From assembly GCA_964057225.1 (NCBI GenBank), contig OZ059897.1, positions 22,134,001 through 22,198,000 of the forward strand: DNA of 64,000 nt. Reading direction: 5' to 3'. Source of the stretch: Auanema rhodensis (Eukaryota; Animalia; Nematoda). This document shows positions 27,601 through 41,450 of this stretch, in pieces (the stretch's first letter is position 1; the number at the start of each line of letters is the position of its first letter). The notes beneath the pieces are model-generated. The model made no database searches, had not been told where the DNA came from, and saw nothing but the letters and a program-made list of their open reading frames with translations. The position numbers were made by a program, and so were the translations under genes.

Positions 27601-30600
27601 AATTTTTATTGATATTGCTTCATGGTAACCATGACTTTGAAATTTACGTGAACTTTAATTTATGCTAATTAAATGTACACGTGATGTGGACTTGGTATGT
27701 AACTCGCTTCACGTGAAAGATAAAGAGATGCGGTTTTCAAAATTAGATTCCCCATGTCCATATTAGTCTAAAAACAAATTTTTATTGATATTGCTTCATG
27801 GTAACCATGACTTTGAAATTTACGTGAACTTTAATTTATGCTAATTAAAAGTACACGTGATGTGCACTTGGTATGTAACTCGCTCCACGTGAAAGATAAA
27901 GAGATGCGGTTTTCAAAATTAGATTCCCCATGTCCATATTAGTCTAAAAACAAATTTTTATTGATATTTATGCATGGTAACCATGACTTTGAAATTTACG
28001 TGAACTTTAATTTATGCTAATTAAATGTACACGTGATGTGCACTTGGTATGTAACTCGCTTCACGTGGAAGATGAAGAGATGCGGTTTTCAAAATTAGAT
28101 TCCCCATTTCCATATTAGTCTAAAAACAAATTTTCATTGATATTGGTTCATGGTAACCATGACTTTGAAATTTACGTGAACTTTAATTTATGCTAATTAA
28201 ATGTACACGTGATGTGCACTTGGTATGTAACTCGCTTCACGTGAAAGATAAAGAGATGCGGTTTTCAAAATTAAATTCCCCATGTCCATATTAGTCTAAA
28301 AACAAATTTTTATTGATATTGGTGCATGGTAACCATGACTTTGAAATTTACGAGAACTTTAATTTATGCTAATTAAATGTACACGTGATGTGCACTTGGT
28401 ATGTAACTCGCTTCACGTGAAAGATAAAGAGATGCGGTTTTTAAAATTAGATTCCCCATGTCCATATTAGTCTAAAAACAAATTTTTATTGATATTGGTT
28501 CATGGTAACCATGACTTTGAAATTTACGTGAACTTTAATTTATGCTAATTAAATGTACACGTGATGTGCACTTGGTATGTTACTCGCTTCACGTGAAAGA
28601 TAAAAAGATGCGGTTTTCAAAATTAGATTCCCCATGTCCATATTAGTCTAAAAACAAATTTTTATTGATATTGGTTCATGGTAACCATGACTTTGAAATT
28701 TACGTGAACTTTAATTTATGCTAATTAAATGTACACGTGATGTGCACTTGGTATGTAACTCGCTTCACGTGAAAGATAAAGAGATGCGATTTTCAAAATT
28801 AGATTCCCCATGTCCATATTAGTCTAAAAACAAATTTTTATTGATATTGGTTCATGGTAACCATGACTTTGAATTTTACGTGAACTTTAATTTATGCTAA
28901 TTAAATGTACACGTGATGTGCAGTTGGTATGTAACTCGCTTCACGTGAAAGATAAAGAGATGCGGATTCCAAAATTAGATTCCTCATGTCCATATTAGTC
29001 TAAAAACAAATTTTTATTGATATTGGTTCATGGTAACCATGACTTTGAAATTTACGTGAACTTTAATTAATGCTAATTAAATGTACACGTGATGTGCACT
29101 TGGTATGTAACTCGCTTCACGTGAAAGATAAAGAGATGCGGTTTTCAAAATTAGATTCCCCATGTCCATATTAGTCTAAAAACAAATTTTTATTGATATT
29201 GCTTCATGGTAACCATGACTTTGAAATTTACGTGAACTTTAATTTATGCTAATTAAATGTACACGTGATGTGCACTTGGTATGTAACTCGCTTCACGTGA
29301 AAGATAAAGAGATGCGGTTTTCAAAATTAGATTCCCCATGTCCATATTAGTCTAAAAACAAATTTTTATTGATATTGGTTCATGGTAACCATGACTTTGA
29401 AATTTACGTGAACTTTAATTAATGCTAATTAAATGTACGCGTGATGTGCACTTGGTATGTAACTCGCTTCACGTGAAAGATAAAGAGATGCGGTTTTCAA
29501 AATTAGATTCCCCATGTCCATATTAGTCTAAAAACAAATTTTTATTGATATTGCTTCATGGTAACCATGACTTTGAAATTTACGTGAACTTTAATTAATG
29601 CTAATTAAATGTACACGTGATGTGCACTTGGTATGTAACTCGCTTCACGTGAAAGATAAAGAGATGCGGTTTTCAAAATTAGATTCCCCATGTCCATATT
29701 AGTCTAAGAACAAATTTTTATTGATATTGGTTCATGGTAACCATGACTTTGAAATTTACGTGAACTTTAATTTATGCTAATTAAATGTACACGTGATGTG
29801 CACTTGGTATGTAACTCGCTTCACGTGAAAGATAAAGAGATGCGGTTTTCAAAATTAGATTCCCCATGTCCATATTAGTCTAAAAACAAATTTTTATTGA
29901 TATTGGTTCATGGTAACCATGACTTTGAATTTTACATGAACTTTAATTTATGCTAATTAAATGTACACGTGATGTGCACTTGGTATGTAACTCGCTTCAC
30001 GTGAAAGATAAAGAAATGCGGTTTTCAAAATTAGATTCCCCATGTCCATATTAGTCTAAAAACAAATTTTTATTGATATTGGTGCATGGTAACCATGACT
30101 TTGAAATTTACGTGAACTTTAATTTATGCTAATTAAATGTACGCGTGATGTGCACTTGGTATGTAACTCGCTTCACGTGAAAGATAAAGAGATGCGGTTT
30201 TCAAAATTAGATTCCCCATGTCCATATTAGTCTAAAAACAAATTTTTTTTGATATTGGTTCATGGTAACCATGACTTTGAAATTTACGTGAACTTTAATT
30301 TATGCTAATTAAATGTACACGTGATGTGCACTTGGTATGTAACTCGCTTCACGTGAAAGATAAAGAGATGCGGTTTTCAAAATTAGATTCCCCATGTCCA
30401 TATTAGTCTAAAAACAAATTTTTATTGATATTGGTGCATGGTAACCATGACTTTGAAATTTACGTGAACTTTAATTTATGCTAATTAAATGTACGCGTGA
30501 TGTGCACTTGGTATGTAACTCGCTTCACGTGAAAGATAAAGAGATGCGGTTTTCAAAATTAGATTCCCCATGTCCATATTAGTCTAAAAACAAATTTTTT

Positions 30601-30800
30601 TTGATATTGGTGCATGGTAACCATGACTTTGAAATTTACGTGAACTTTAATTTATGCTAATTAAATGTACACGTGATGTGCACTTGGTATGTAACTCGCT
30701 TCACGTGAAAGATAAAGAGATGCGGTTTTCAAAATTAGATTCCCCATGTCCATATTAGTCTAAAAACAAATTTTTATTGATATTGGTGCATGGTAACCAT
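18657..30800. repeat. Nested 8-, 15- and 23-monomer duplications; 22705-26752 = 26753-30800
   Basis: A six-monomer marker cassette (TTAATTAATG; TCAACAC; GTTTGC; TGGAC; AAAAGT+CTCC+TATGC; GGAAG+TTTCC+TTTTCA) starts at 19009, 20417, 23057 and 27105. Confidence 0.9.
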
Positions 30801-33800
30801 GACTTTGAAATTTACGTGAACTTTAATTTATGCTAATTAAATGTACACGTGATGTGCACTTGGTATGTAACTCGCTTCACGTGAAAGATAAAGAGATGCG
30901 GTTTTCAAAATTAGATTCCCCATGTCCATATTAGTCTAAAAACAAATTTTTATTGATATTGGTTCATGGTAACCATGACTTTGAAATTTACGTGAACTTT
31001 AATTTATGCTAATTAAATGTACACGTGATGTGCACTTGGTATGTAACTCGCTTCACTTGAAAGATAAAGAGATGCGGTTTTCAAAATTAGATTCCTCATG
31101 TCCATATTAGTCTAAAAACAAATTTTTATTGATATTGCTTCATGGTAACCATGACTTTGAAATTTACGTGAACTTTAATTTATGCTAATTAATTGTACAC
31201 GTGATGTGCACTTGGTATGTAACTCGCTTCACGTGAAAGATAAAGAGATGCGGTTTTCAAAATTAGATTCCCCATGTCCATATTAGTCTAAAAACAAATT
31301 TTTATTGATATTGGTTCATGGTAACCATGACTTTGAAATTTACGTGAACTTTAATTTATGCTAATTAAATGTACACGTGATGTGCACTTGGTATGTAACT
31401 CGCTTCACGTGAAAGATAAAGAGATGCGGTTTTCAAAATTAGATTCCCCATGTCCATATTAGTCTAAAAACAAATTTTTATTGATATTGGTTCATGGTAA
31501 CCATGACTTTGAAATTTACGTGAACTTTAATTTATGCTAATTAAATGTACACGTGATGTGCACTTGGTATGTAACTCGCTTCACGTGAAAGATAAAGAGA
31601 TGCGGTTTTCAAAATTAGATTCCCCATGTCCATATTAGTCTAAAAACAAATTTTTATTGATATTGGTGCATGGTAACCATGACTTTGAAATTTACGTGAA
31701 CTTTAATTTATGCTAATTAAATGTACACGTGATGTGCACTTGGTATGTAACTCGCTTCACGTGAAAGATAAAGAGATGCGGTTTTCAAAATTAGATTCCC
31801 CATGTCCATATTAGTCTAAAAACAAATTTTTATTGATATTGCTTCATGGTAACCATGACTTTGAAATTTACGTGAACTTTAATTTATGCTAATTAAATGT
31901 ACACGTGATGTGCACTTGGTATGTAACTCGCTTCACGTGAAAGATAAAGAGATGCGGTTTTCAAAATTAGATTCCCCATGTCCATATTAGTCTAAAAACA
32001 AATTTTTTTTGATATTGGTGCATGGTAACCATGACTTTGAAATTTACGTGAACTTTAATTTATGCTAATTAAATGTACACGTGATGTGCACTTGGTATGT
32101 AACTCGCTTCACGTGAAAGATAAAGAGATGCGGTTTTCAAAATTAGATTCCCCATGTCCATATTAGTCTAAAAACAAATTTTTATTGATATTGGTGCATG
32201 GTAACCATGACTTTGAAATTTACGTGAACTTTAATTTATGCTAATTAAATGTACACGTGATGTGCACTTGGTATGTAACTCGCTTCACGTGAAAGATAAA
32301 GAGATGCGGTTTTCAAAATTAGATTCCCCATGTCCATATTAGTCTAAAAACAAATTTTTATTGATATTGGTTCATGGTAACCATGACTTTGAAATTTACG
32401 TGAACTTTAATTTATGCTAATTAAATGTACACGTGATGTGCACTTGGTATGTAACTCGCTTCACGTGAAAGATAAAGAGATGCGGTTTTCAAAATTAGAT
32501 TCCCCATGTCCATATTAGTCTAAAAACAAATTTTTATTGATATTGGTGCATGGTAACCATGACTTTGAAATTTACGTGAACTTCAATTTATGCTAATTAA
32601 ATGTACACGTGATGTGCACTTGGTATGTAACTCGCTTCACGTGAAAGATAAAGAGATGCGGTTTTCAAAATTAGATTCCCCATGTCCATATTAGTCTAAA
32701 AACAAATTTTTATTGATATTGCTTCATGGTAACCATGACTTTGAAATTTACGTGAACTTTAATTTATGCTAATTAAATGTACACGTGATGTGCACTTGGT
32801 ATGTAACTCGCTTCACGTGAAAGATAAAGAGATGCGGTTTTCAAAATTAGATTCCCCATGTCCATATTAGTCTAAAAACAAATTTTTATTGATATTGGTG
32901 CATGGTAACCATGACTTTGAAATTTACGTGAACTTTAATTTATGCTAATTAAATGTACACGTGATGTGCACTTGGTATGTAACTCGCTTCACGTGAAAGA
33001 TAAAGAGATGCGGTTTTCAAAATTAGATTCCCCATGTCCATATTAGTCTAAAAACAAATTTTTATTGATATTGGTTCATGGTAACCATGACTTTGAAATT
33101 TACGTGAACTTTAATTTATGCTAATTAAATGTACACGTGATGTGCACTTGGTATGTAACTCGCTTCACGTGAAAGATAAAGAGATGCGGTTTTCAAAATT
33201 AGATTCCCCATGTCCATATTAGTCTAAAAACAAATTTTTATTGATATTGGTGCATGGTAACCATGACTTTGAAATTTACGTGAACTTTAATTTATGCTAA
33301 TTAAATGTACACGTGATGTGCACTTGGTATGTAACTCGCTTCACGTGAAAGATAAAGAGATGCGGTTTTCAAAATTAGATTCCCCATGTCCATATTAGTC
33401 TAAAAACAAATTTTTATTGATATTGGTGCATGGTAACCATGACTTTGAAATTTACGTGAACTTTAATTTATGCTAATTAAATGTACACGTGATGTGCACT
33501 TGGTATGTAACTCGCTTCACGTGAAAGATAAAGAGATGCGGTTTTCAAAATTAGATTCCCCATGTCCATATTAGTCTAAAAACAAATTTTTATTGATATT
33601 GGTGCATGGTAACCATGACTTTGAAATTTACGTGAACTTTAATTTATGCTAATTAAATGTACACGTGATGTGCACTTGGTATGTAACTCGCTTCACGTGA
33701 AAGATAAAGAGATGCGGTTTTCAAAATTAGATTCCCAATGTCCATATTAGTCTAAAAACAAATTTTTATTGATATTGGTGCATGGTAACCATGACTTTGA

Positions 33801-36800
33801 AATTTACGTGAACTTTAATTTATGCTAATTAAATGTACAAGTGATGTGCACTTGGTATGTAACTCGCTTCACGTGAAAGATAAAGAGATGCGGTTTTCAA
33901 AATTAGATTCCCCATGTCCATATTAGTCTAAAAACAAATTTTTATTGATATTGGTTCATGGTAACCATGACTTTGAAATTTACGTGAACTTTAATTTATG
34001 CTAATTAAATGTACACGTGATGTGCACTTGGTATGTAACTCGCTTCACGTGAAAGATAAAGAGATGCGGTTTTCAAAATTAGATTCCCCATGTCCATATT
34101 AGTCTAAAAACAAATTTTTATTGATATTGGTTCATGGTAACCATGACTTTGAATTTTACGTGAACTTTAATTTATGCTAATTAAATGTACACGTGATGTG
34201 CACTTGGTATGTAACTCGCTTCACGTGAAAGATAAAGAAATGCGGTTTTCAAAATTAGATTCCCCATGTCCATATTAGTCTAAAAACAAATTTTCATTGA
34301 TATTGGTTCATGGTAACCATGACTTTGAAATTTACGTGAACTTTAATTTATGCTAATTAAATGTACACGTGATGTGCACTTGGTATGTAACTCGCTTCAC
34401 GTGAAAGATAAAGAGATGCGGTTTTCAAAATTAGATTCCCCATGTCCATATTAGTCTAAAAACAAATTTTTATTGATATTGCTTCATGGTAACCATGACT
34501 TTGAAATTTACGTGAACTTTAATTTATGCTAATTAAATGTACACGTGATGTGCACTTGGTATGTAACTCGCTTCACGTGAAAGATAAAGAGATGCGGTTT
34601 TCAAAATTAGATTCCCCATGTCCATATTAGTCTAAAAACAAATTTTTATTGATATTGGTGCATGGTAACCATGACTTTGAAATTTACGTGAACTTTAATT
34701 TATGCTAATTAAATGTACATGTGATGTGCACTTGGTATGTAACTCGCTTCACGTGAAAGATAAAGAGATGCGGTTTTCAAAATTAGATTCCCCATGTCCA
34801 TATTAGTCTAAAAACAAATTTTTATTGATATTGGTGCATGGTAACCATGACTTTGAAATTTACGTGAACTTTAATTTATGCTAATTAAATGTACACGTGA
34901 TGTGCACTTGGTATGTAACTCGCTTCACGTGAAAGATAAAGAGATGCGGTTTTCAAAATTAGATTCCCCATGTCCATATTAGTCTAAAAACAAATTTTTA
35001 TTGATATTGGTGCATGGTAACCATGACTTTGAAATTTACGTGAACTTTAATTTATGCTAATTAAATGTACACGTGATGTGCACTTGGTATGTAACTCGCT
35101 TCACGTGAAAGATGAAGAGATGCGGTTTTCAAAATTAGATTCCCCATGTCCATATTAGTCTAAAAACAAATTTTTATTGATATTGGTTCATGGTAACCAT
35201 GACTTTGAAATTTACGTGAACTTTAATTTATGCTAATTAAATGTACACGTGATGTGCACTTGGTATGTAACTCGCTTCACGTGAAAGATAAAGAGATGCG
35301 GTTTTCAAAATTAGATTCCCCATGTCCATATTAGTCTAAAAACAAATTTTTATTGATATTGGTTCATGGTAACCATGACTTTGAAATTTACGTGAACTTT
35401 AATTTATGCTAATTAAATGTACACGTGATGTGCACTTGGTATGTAACTCGCTTCACGTGAAAGATAAAGAGATGCGGTTTTCAAAATTAGATTCCCCATG
35501 TCCATATTAGTCTAAAAACAAATTTTTATTGATATTGCTTCATGGTAACCATGACTTTGAAATTTACGTGAACTTTAATTTATGCTAATTAAATGTACAC
35601 GTGATGTGCACTTGGTATGTAACTCGCTTCACGTGAAAGATAAAGAGATGCGGTTTTCAAAATTAGATTCCCCATGTCCATATTAGTCTAAAAACAAATT
35701 TTTATTGATATTGGTGCATGGTAACCATGACTTTGAAATTTACGTGAACTTTAATTTATGCTAATTAAATGTACACGTGATGTGCACTTGGTATGTAACT
35801 CGCTTCACGTGAAAGATAAAGAGATGCGGTTTTCAAAATTAGATTCCCCATGTCCATATTAGTCTAAAAACAAATTTTTATTGATATTGGTTCATGGTAA
35901 CCATGACTTTGAAATTTACGTGAACTTTAATTTATGCTTATTAAATGTACACGTGATGTGCACTTGGTATGTAACTCGCTTCACGTGAAAGATAAAGAGA
36001 TGCGGTTTTCAAAATTAGATTCCCCATGTCCATATTAGTCTAAAAACAAATTTTTATTGATATTGGTTCATGGTAACCATGACTTTGAATTTTACGTGAA
36101 CTTTAATTTATGCTAATTAAATGTACACGTGATGTGCACTTGGTATGTAACTCGCTTCACGTGAAAGATAAAGAAATGCGGTTTTCAAATTAGATTCCCC
36201 ATGTCCATATTAGTCTAAAAACAAATTTTCATTGATATTGGTTCATGGTAACCATGACTTTGAAATTTACGTGAACTTTAATTTATGCTAATTAAATGTA
36301 CACGTGATGTGCACTTGGTATGTAACTCACTTCACGTGAAAGATAAAGAGATGCAGTTTTCAAAATTAGATTCCCCATGTCCATATTAGTCTAAAAACAA
36401 ATTTTTATTGATATTGGTGCATGGTAACCATGACTTTGAAATTTACGTGAACTTTAATTTATGCTAATTAAATGTACACGTGATGTGCACTTGGTATGTA
36501 ACTCGCTTCACGTGAAAGATAAAGAGATAAGGTTTTCAAAATTAGATTCCCCATGTCCATATTAGTCTAAAAACAAATTTTTATTGATATTGGTTCATGG
36601 TAACCATGACTTTGAAATTTACGTGAACTTTAATTTATGCATATTAAATGTACACGTGATGTGCACTTGGTATGTAACTCGCTTCACGTGAAAGATAAAG
36701 AGATGCGGTTTTCAAAATTAGATTCCCCATGTCCATATTAGTCTAAAAACAAATTTTTATTGATATTGGTTCATGGTAACCATGACTTTGAATTTTACGT

Positions 36801-38015
36801 GAACTTTAATTTATGCTAATTAAATGTACACGTGATGTGCACTTGGTATGTAACTCGCTTCACGTGAAAGATAAAGAAATGCGGTTTTCAAAATTAGATT
36901 CCCCATGTCCATATTAGTCTAAAAACAAATTTTCATTGATATTGGTTCATGGTAACCATGACTTTGAAATTTACGTGAACTTTAATTTATGCTAATTAAA
37001 TGTACACGTGATGTGCACTTGGTATGTAACTCGCTTCACGTGAAAGATAAAGAGATGCGGTTTTCAAAATTAGATTCCCCATGTCCATATTAGTCTAAAA
37101 ACAAATTTTTATTGATATTGCTTCATGGTAACCATGACTTTGAAATTTACGTGAACTTTAATTTATGCTAATTAAATGTACACGTGATGTGCACTTGGTA
37201 TGTAACTCGCTTCACGTGAAAGATAAAGAGATGCGGTTTTCAAAATTAGATTCCCCATGTCCATATTAGTCTAAAAACAAATTTTTATTGATATTGGTGC
37301 ATGGTAACCATGACTTTGAAATTTACGTGAACTTTAATTTATGCTAATTAAATGTACACGTGATGTGCACTTGGTATGTAACTCGCTTCACGTGAAAGAT
37401 AAAGAGATGCGGTTTTCAAAATTAGATTCCCCATGTCCATATTAGTCTAAAAACAAATTTTTATTGATATTGGTGCATGGTAACCATGACTTTGAAATTT
37501 ACGTGAACTTTAATTTATGCTAATTAAATGTACACGTGATGTGCACTTGGTATGTAACTCGCTTCACGTGAAAGATAAAGAGATGCGGTTTTCAAAATTA
37601 GATTCCCCATGTCCATATTAGTCTAAAAACAAATTTTTATTGATATTGGTGCATGGTAACCATGACTTTGAAATTTACGTGAACTTTAATTTATGCTAAT
37701 TAAATGTACACGTGATGTGCACTTGGTATGTAACTCGCTTCACGTGAAAGATGAAGAGATGCGGTTTTCAAAATTAGATTCCCCATGTCCATATTAGTCT
37801 AAAAACAAATTTTTATTGATATTGGTTCATGGTAACCATGACTTTGAAATTTACGTGAACTTTAATTTATGCTAATTAAATGTACACGTGATGTGCACTT
37901 GGTATGTAACTCGCTTCACGTGAAAGATAAAGAGATGCGGTTTTCAAAATTAGATTCCCCATGTCCATATTAGTCTAAAAACAAATTTTTATTGATATTG
38001 GTTCATGGTAACCAT

Positions 38016-41000
38016 GACTTTGAAATTTACGTGAACTTTAATTTATGCTAATTAAATGTACACGTGATGTGCACTTGGTATGTAACTCGCTTCACGTGAA
38101 AGATAAAGAGATGCGGTTTTCAAAATTAGATTCCCCATGTCCATATTAGTCTAAAAACAAATTTTTATTGATATTGGTGCATGGTAACCATGACTTTGAA
38201 ATTTACGTGAACTTTAATTTATGCTAATTAAATGTACACGTGATGTGCACTTGGTATGTAACTCGCTTCACGTGAAAGATAAAGAGATGCGGTTTTCAAA
38301 ATTAGATTCCCCATGTCCATATTAGTCTAAAAACAAATTTTTATTGATATTGGTTCATGGTAACCATGACTTTGAAATTTACGTGAACTTTAATTTATGC
38401 TAATTAAATGTACACGTGATGTGCACTTGGTATGTAACTCGCTTCACGTGAAAGATAAAGAGATGCGGTTTTCAAAATTAGATTCCCCATGTCCATATTA
38501 GTCTAAAAACAAATTTTTATTGATATTGGTGCATGGTAACCATGACTTTGAAATTTACGTGAACTTTAATTTATGCTAATTAAATGTACACGTGATGTGC
38601 ACTTGGTATGTAACTCGCTTCACGTGAAAGATGAAGAGATGCGGTTTTCAAAATTAGATTCCCCATGTCCATATTAGTCTAAAAACAAATTTTTATTGAT
38701 ATTGGTTCATGGTAACCATGACTTTGAAATTTACGTGAACTTTAATTTATGCTAATTAAATGTACACGTGATGTGCACTTGGTATGTAACTCGCTTCACG
38801 TGAAAGATAAAGAGATGCGGTTTTCAAAATTAGATTCCCCATGTCCATATTAGTCTAAAAACAAATTTTTATTGATATTGCTTCATGGTAACCATGACTT
38901 TGAAATTTACGTGAACTTTAATTTATGCTAATTAAATGTACACGTGATGTGCACTTGGTATGTAACTCGCTTCACGTGAAAGATAAAGAGATGCGGTTTT
39001 CAAAATTAGATTCCCCATGTCCATATTAGTCTAAAAACAAATTTTTATTGATATTGGTGCATGGTAACCATGACTTTGAAAATTACGTGAACTTTAATTT
39101 ATGCTAATTAAATGTACACGTGATGTGCACTTGGTATGTAACTCGCTTCACGTGAAAGATAAAGAGATGCGGTTTTCAAAATTAGATTCCCCATGTCCAT
39201 ATTAGTCTAAAAACAAATTTTTATTGATATTGGTTCATGGTAACCATGACTTTGAAATTTACGTGAACTTTAATTTATGCTAATTAAATGTACACGTGAT
39301 GTGCACTTGGTATGTAACTCGCTTCACGTGAAAGATAAAGAGATGCGGTTTTCAAAATTAGATTCCCCATGTCCATATTAGTCTACAAACAAATTTTTAT
39401 TGATATTGGTGCATGGTAACCATGACTTTGAAATTTACGTGAACTTTAATTTATGCTAATTAAATGTACACGTGATGTGCACTTGGTATGTAACTCGCTT
39501 CACGTGAAAGATGAAGAGATGCGGTTTTCAAAATTAGATTCCCCATGTCCATATTAGTCTAAAAACAAATTTTTATTGATATTGGTTCATGGTAACCATG
39601 ACTTTGAAATTTACGTGAACTTTAATTTATGCTAATTAAATGTACACGTGATGTGCACTTGGTATGTAACTCGCTTCACGTGAAAGATAAAGAGATAAGG
39701 TTTTCAAAATTAGATTCCCCATGTCCATATTAGTCTAAAAACAAATTTTTATTGATATTGGTTCATGGTAACCATGACTTTGAAATTTACGTGAACTTTA
39801 ATTTATGCTAATTAAATGTACACGTGATGTGCACTTGGTATGTAACTCGCTTCACGTGAAAGATAAAGAGATGCGGTTTTCAAAATTAGATTCCCCATGT
39901 CCATATTAGTCTAAAAACAAATTTTTATTGATATTGGTGCATGGTAACCATGACTTTGAAATTTACGTGAACTTTAATTTATGCTAATTAAATGTACACG
40001 TGATGTGCACTTGGTATGTAACTCGCTTCACGTGAAAGATAAAGAGATGCGGTTTTCAAAATTAGATTCCCCATGTCCATATTAGTCTAAAAACAAATTT
40101 TTATTGATATTGGTTCATGGTAACCATGACTTTGAAATTTACGTGAACTTTAATTTATGCTAATTAAATGTACACGTGATGTGCACTTGGTATGTAACTC
40201 GCTTCACGTGAAAGATAAAGAGATGCGGTTTTCAAAATTAGATTCCCCATGTCCATATTAGTCTAAAAACAAATTTTTATTGATATTGGTGCATGGTAAC
40301 CATGACTTTGAAATTTACGTGAACTTTAATTTATGCTAATTAAATGTACACGTGATGTGCACTTGGTATGTAACTCGCTTCACGTGAAAGATGAAGAGAT
40401 GCGGTTTTCAAAATTAGATTCCCCATGTCCATATTAGTCTAAAAACAAATTTTTATTGATATTGGTTCATGGTAACCATGACTTTGAAATTTACGTGAAC
40501 TTTAATTTATGCTAATTAAATGTACACGTGATGTGCACTTGGTATGTAACTCGCTTCACGTGAAAGATAAAGAGATGCGGTTTTCAAAATTAGATTCCCC
40601 ATGTCCATATTAGTCTAAAAACAAATTTTTATTGATATTGCTTCATGGTAACCATGACTTTGAAATTTACGTGAACTTTAATTTATGCTAATTAAATGTA
40701 CACGTGATGTGCACTTGGTATGTAACTCGCTTCACGTGAAAGATAAAGAGATGCGGTTTTCAAAATTAGATTCCCCATGTCCATATTAGTCTAAAAACAA
40801 ATTTTTATTGATATTGGTGCATGGTAACCATGACTTTGAAAATTACGTGAACTTTAATTTATGCTAATTAAATGTACACGTGATGTGCACTTGGTATGTA
40901 ACTCGCTTCACGTGAAAGATAAAGAGATGCGGTTTTCAAAATTAGATTCCCCATGTCCATATTAGTCTAAAAACAAATTTTTATTGATATTGGTTCATGG

Positions 41001-41450
41001 TAACCATGACTTTGAAATTTACGTGAACTTTAATTTATGCTAATTAAATGTACACGTGATGTGCACTTGGTATGTAACTCGCTTCACGTGAAAGATAAAG
41101 AGATGCGGTTTTCAAAATTAGATTCCCCATGTCCATATTAGTCTACAAACAAATTTTTATTGATATTGGTGCATGGTAACCATGACTTTGAAATTTACGT
41201 GAACTTTAATTTATGCTAATTAAATGTACACGTGATGTGCACTTGGTATGTAACTCGCTTCACGTGAAAGATGAAGAGATGCGGTTTTCAAAATTAGATT
41301 CCCCATGTCCATATTAGTCTAAAAACAAATTTTTATTGATATTGGTTCATGGTAACCATGACTTTGAAATTTACGTGAACTTTAATTTATGCTAATTAAA
41401 TGTACACGTGATGTGCACTTGGTATGTAACTCGCTTCACGTGAAAGATAA
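38016..41450. repeat. 10-monomer (1760-bp) tandem duplication
   Basis: GAAAATTACG at ~39081/40841 and GTCTACAAAC at ~39386/41146, with matching order of end alleles. Boundaries are approximate. Confidence 0.8.
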
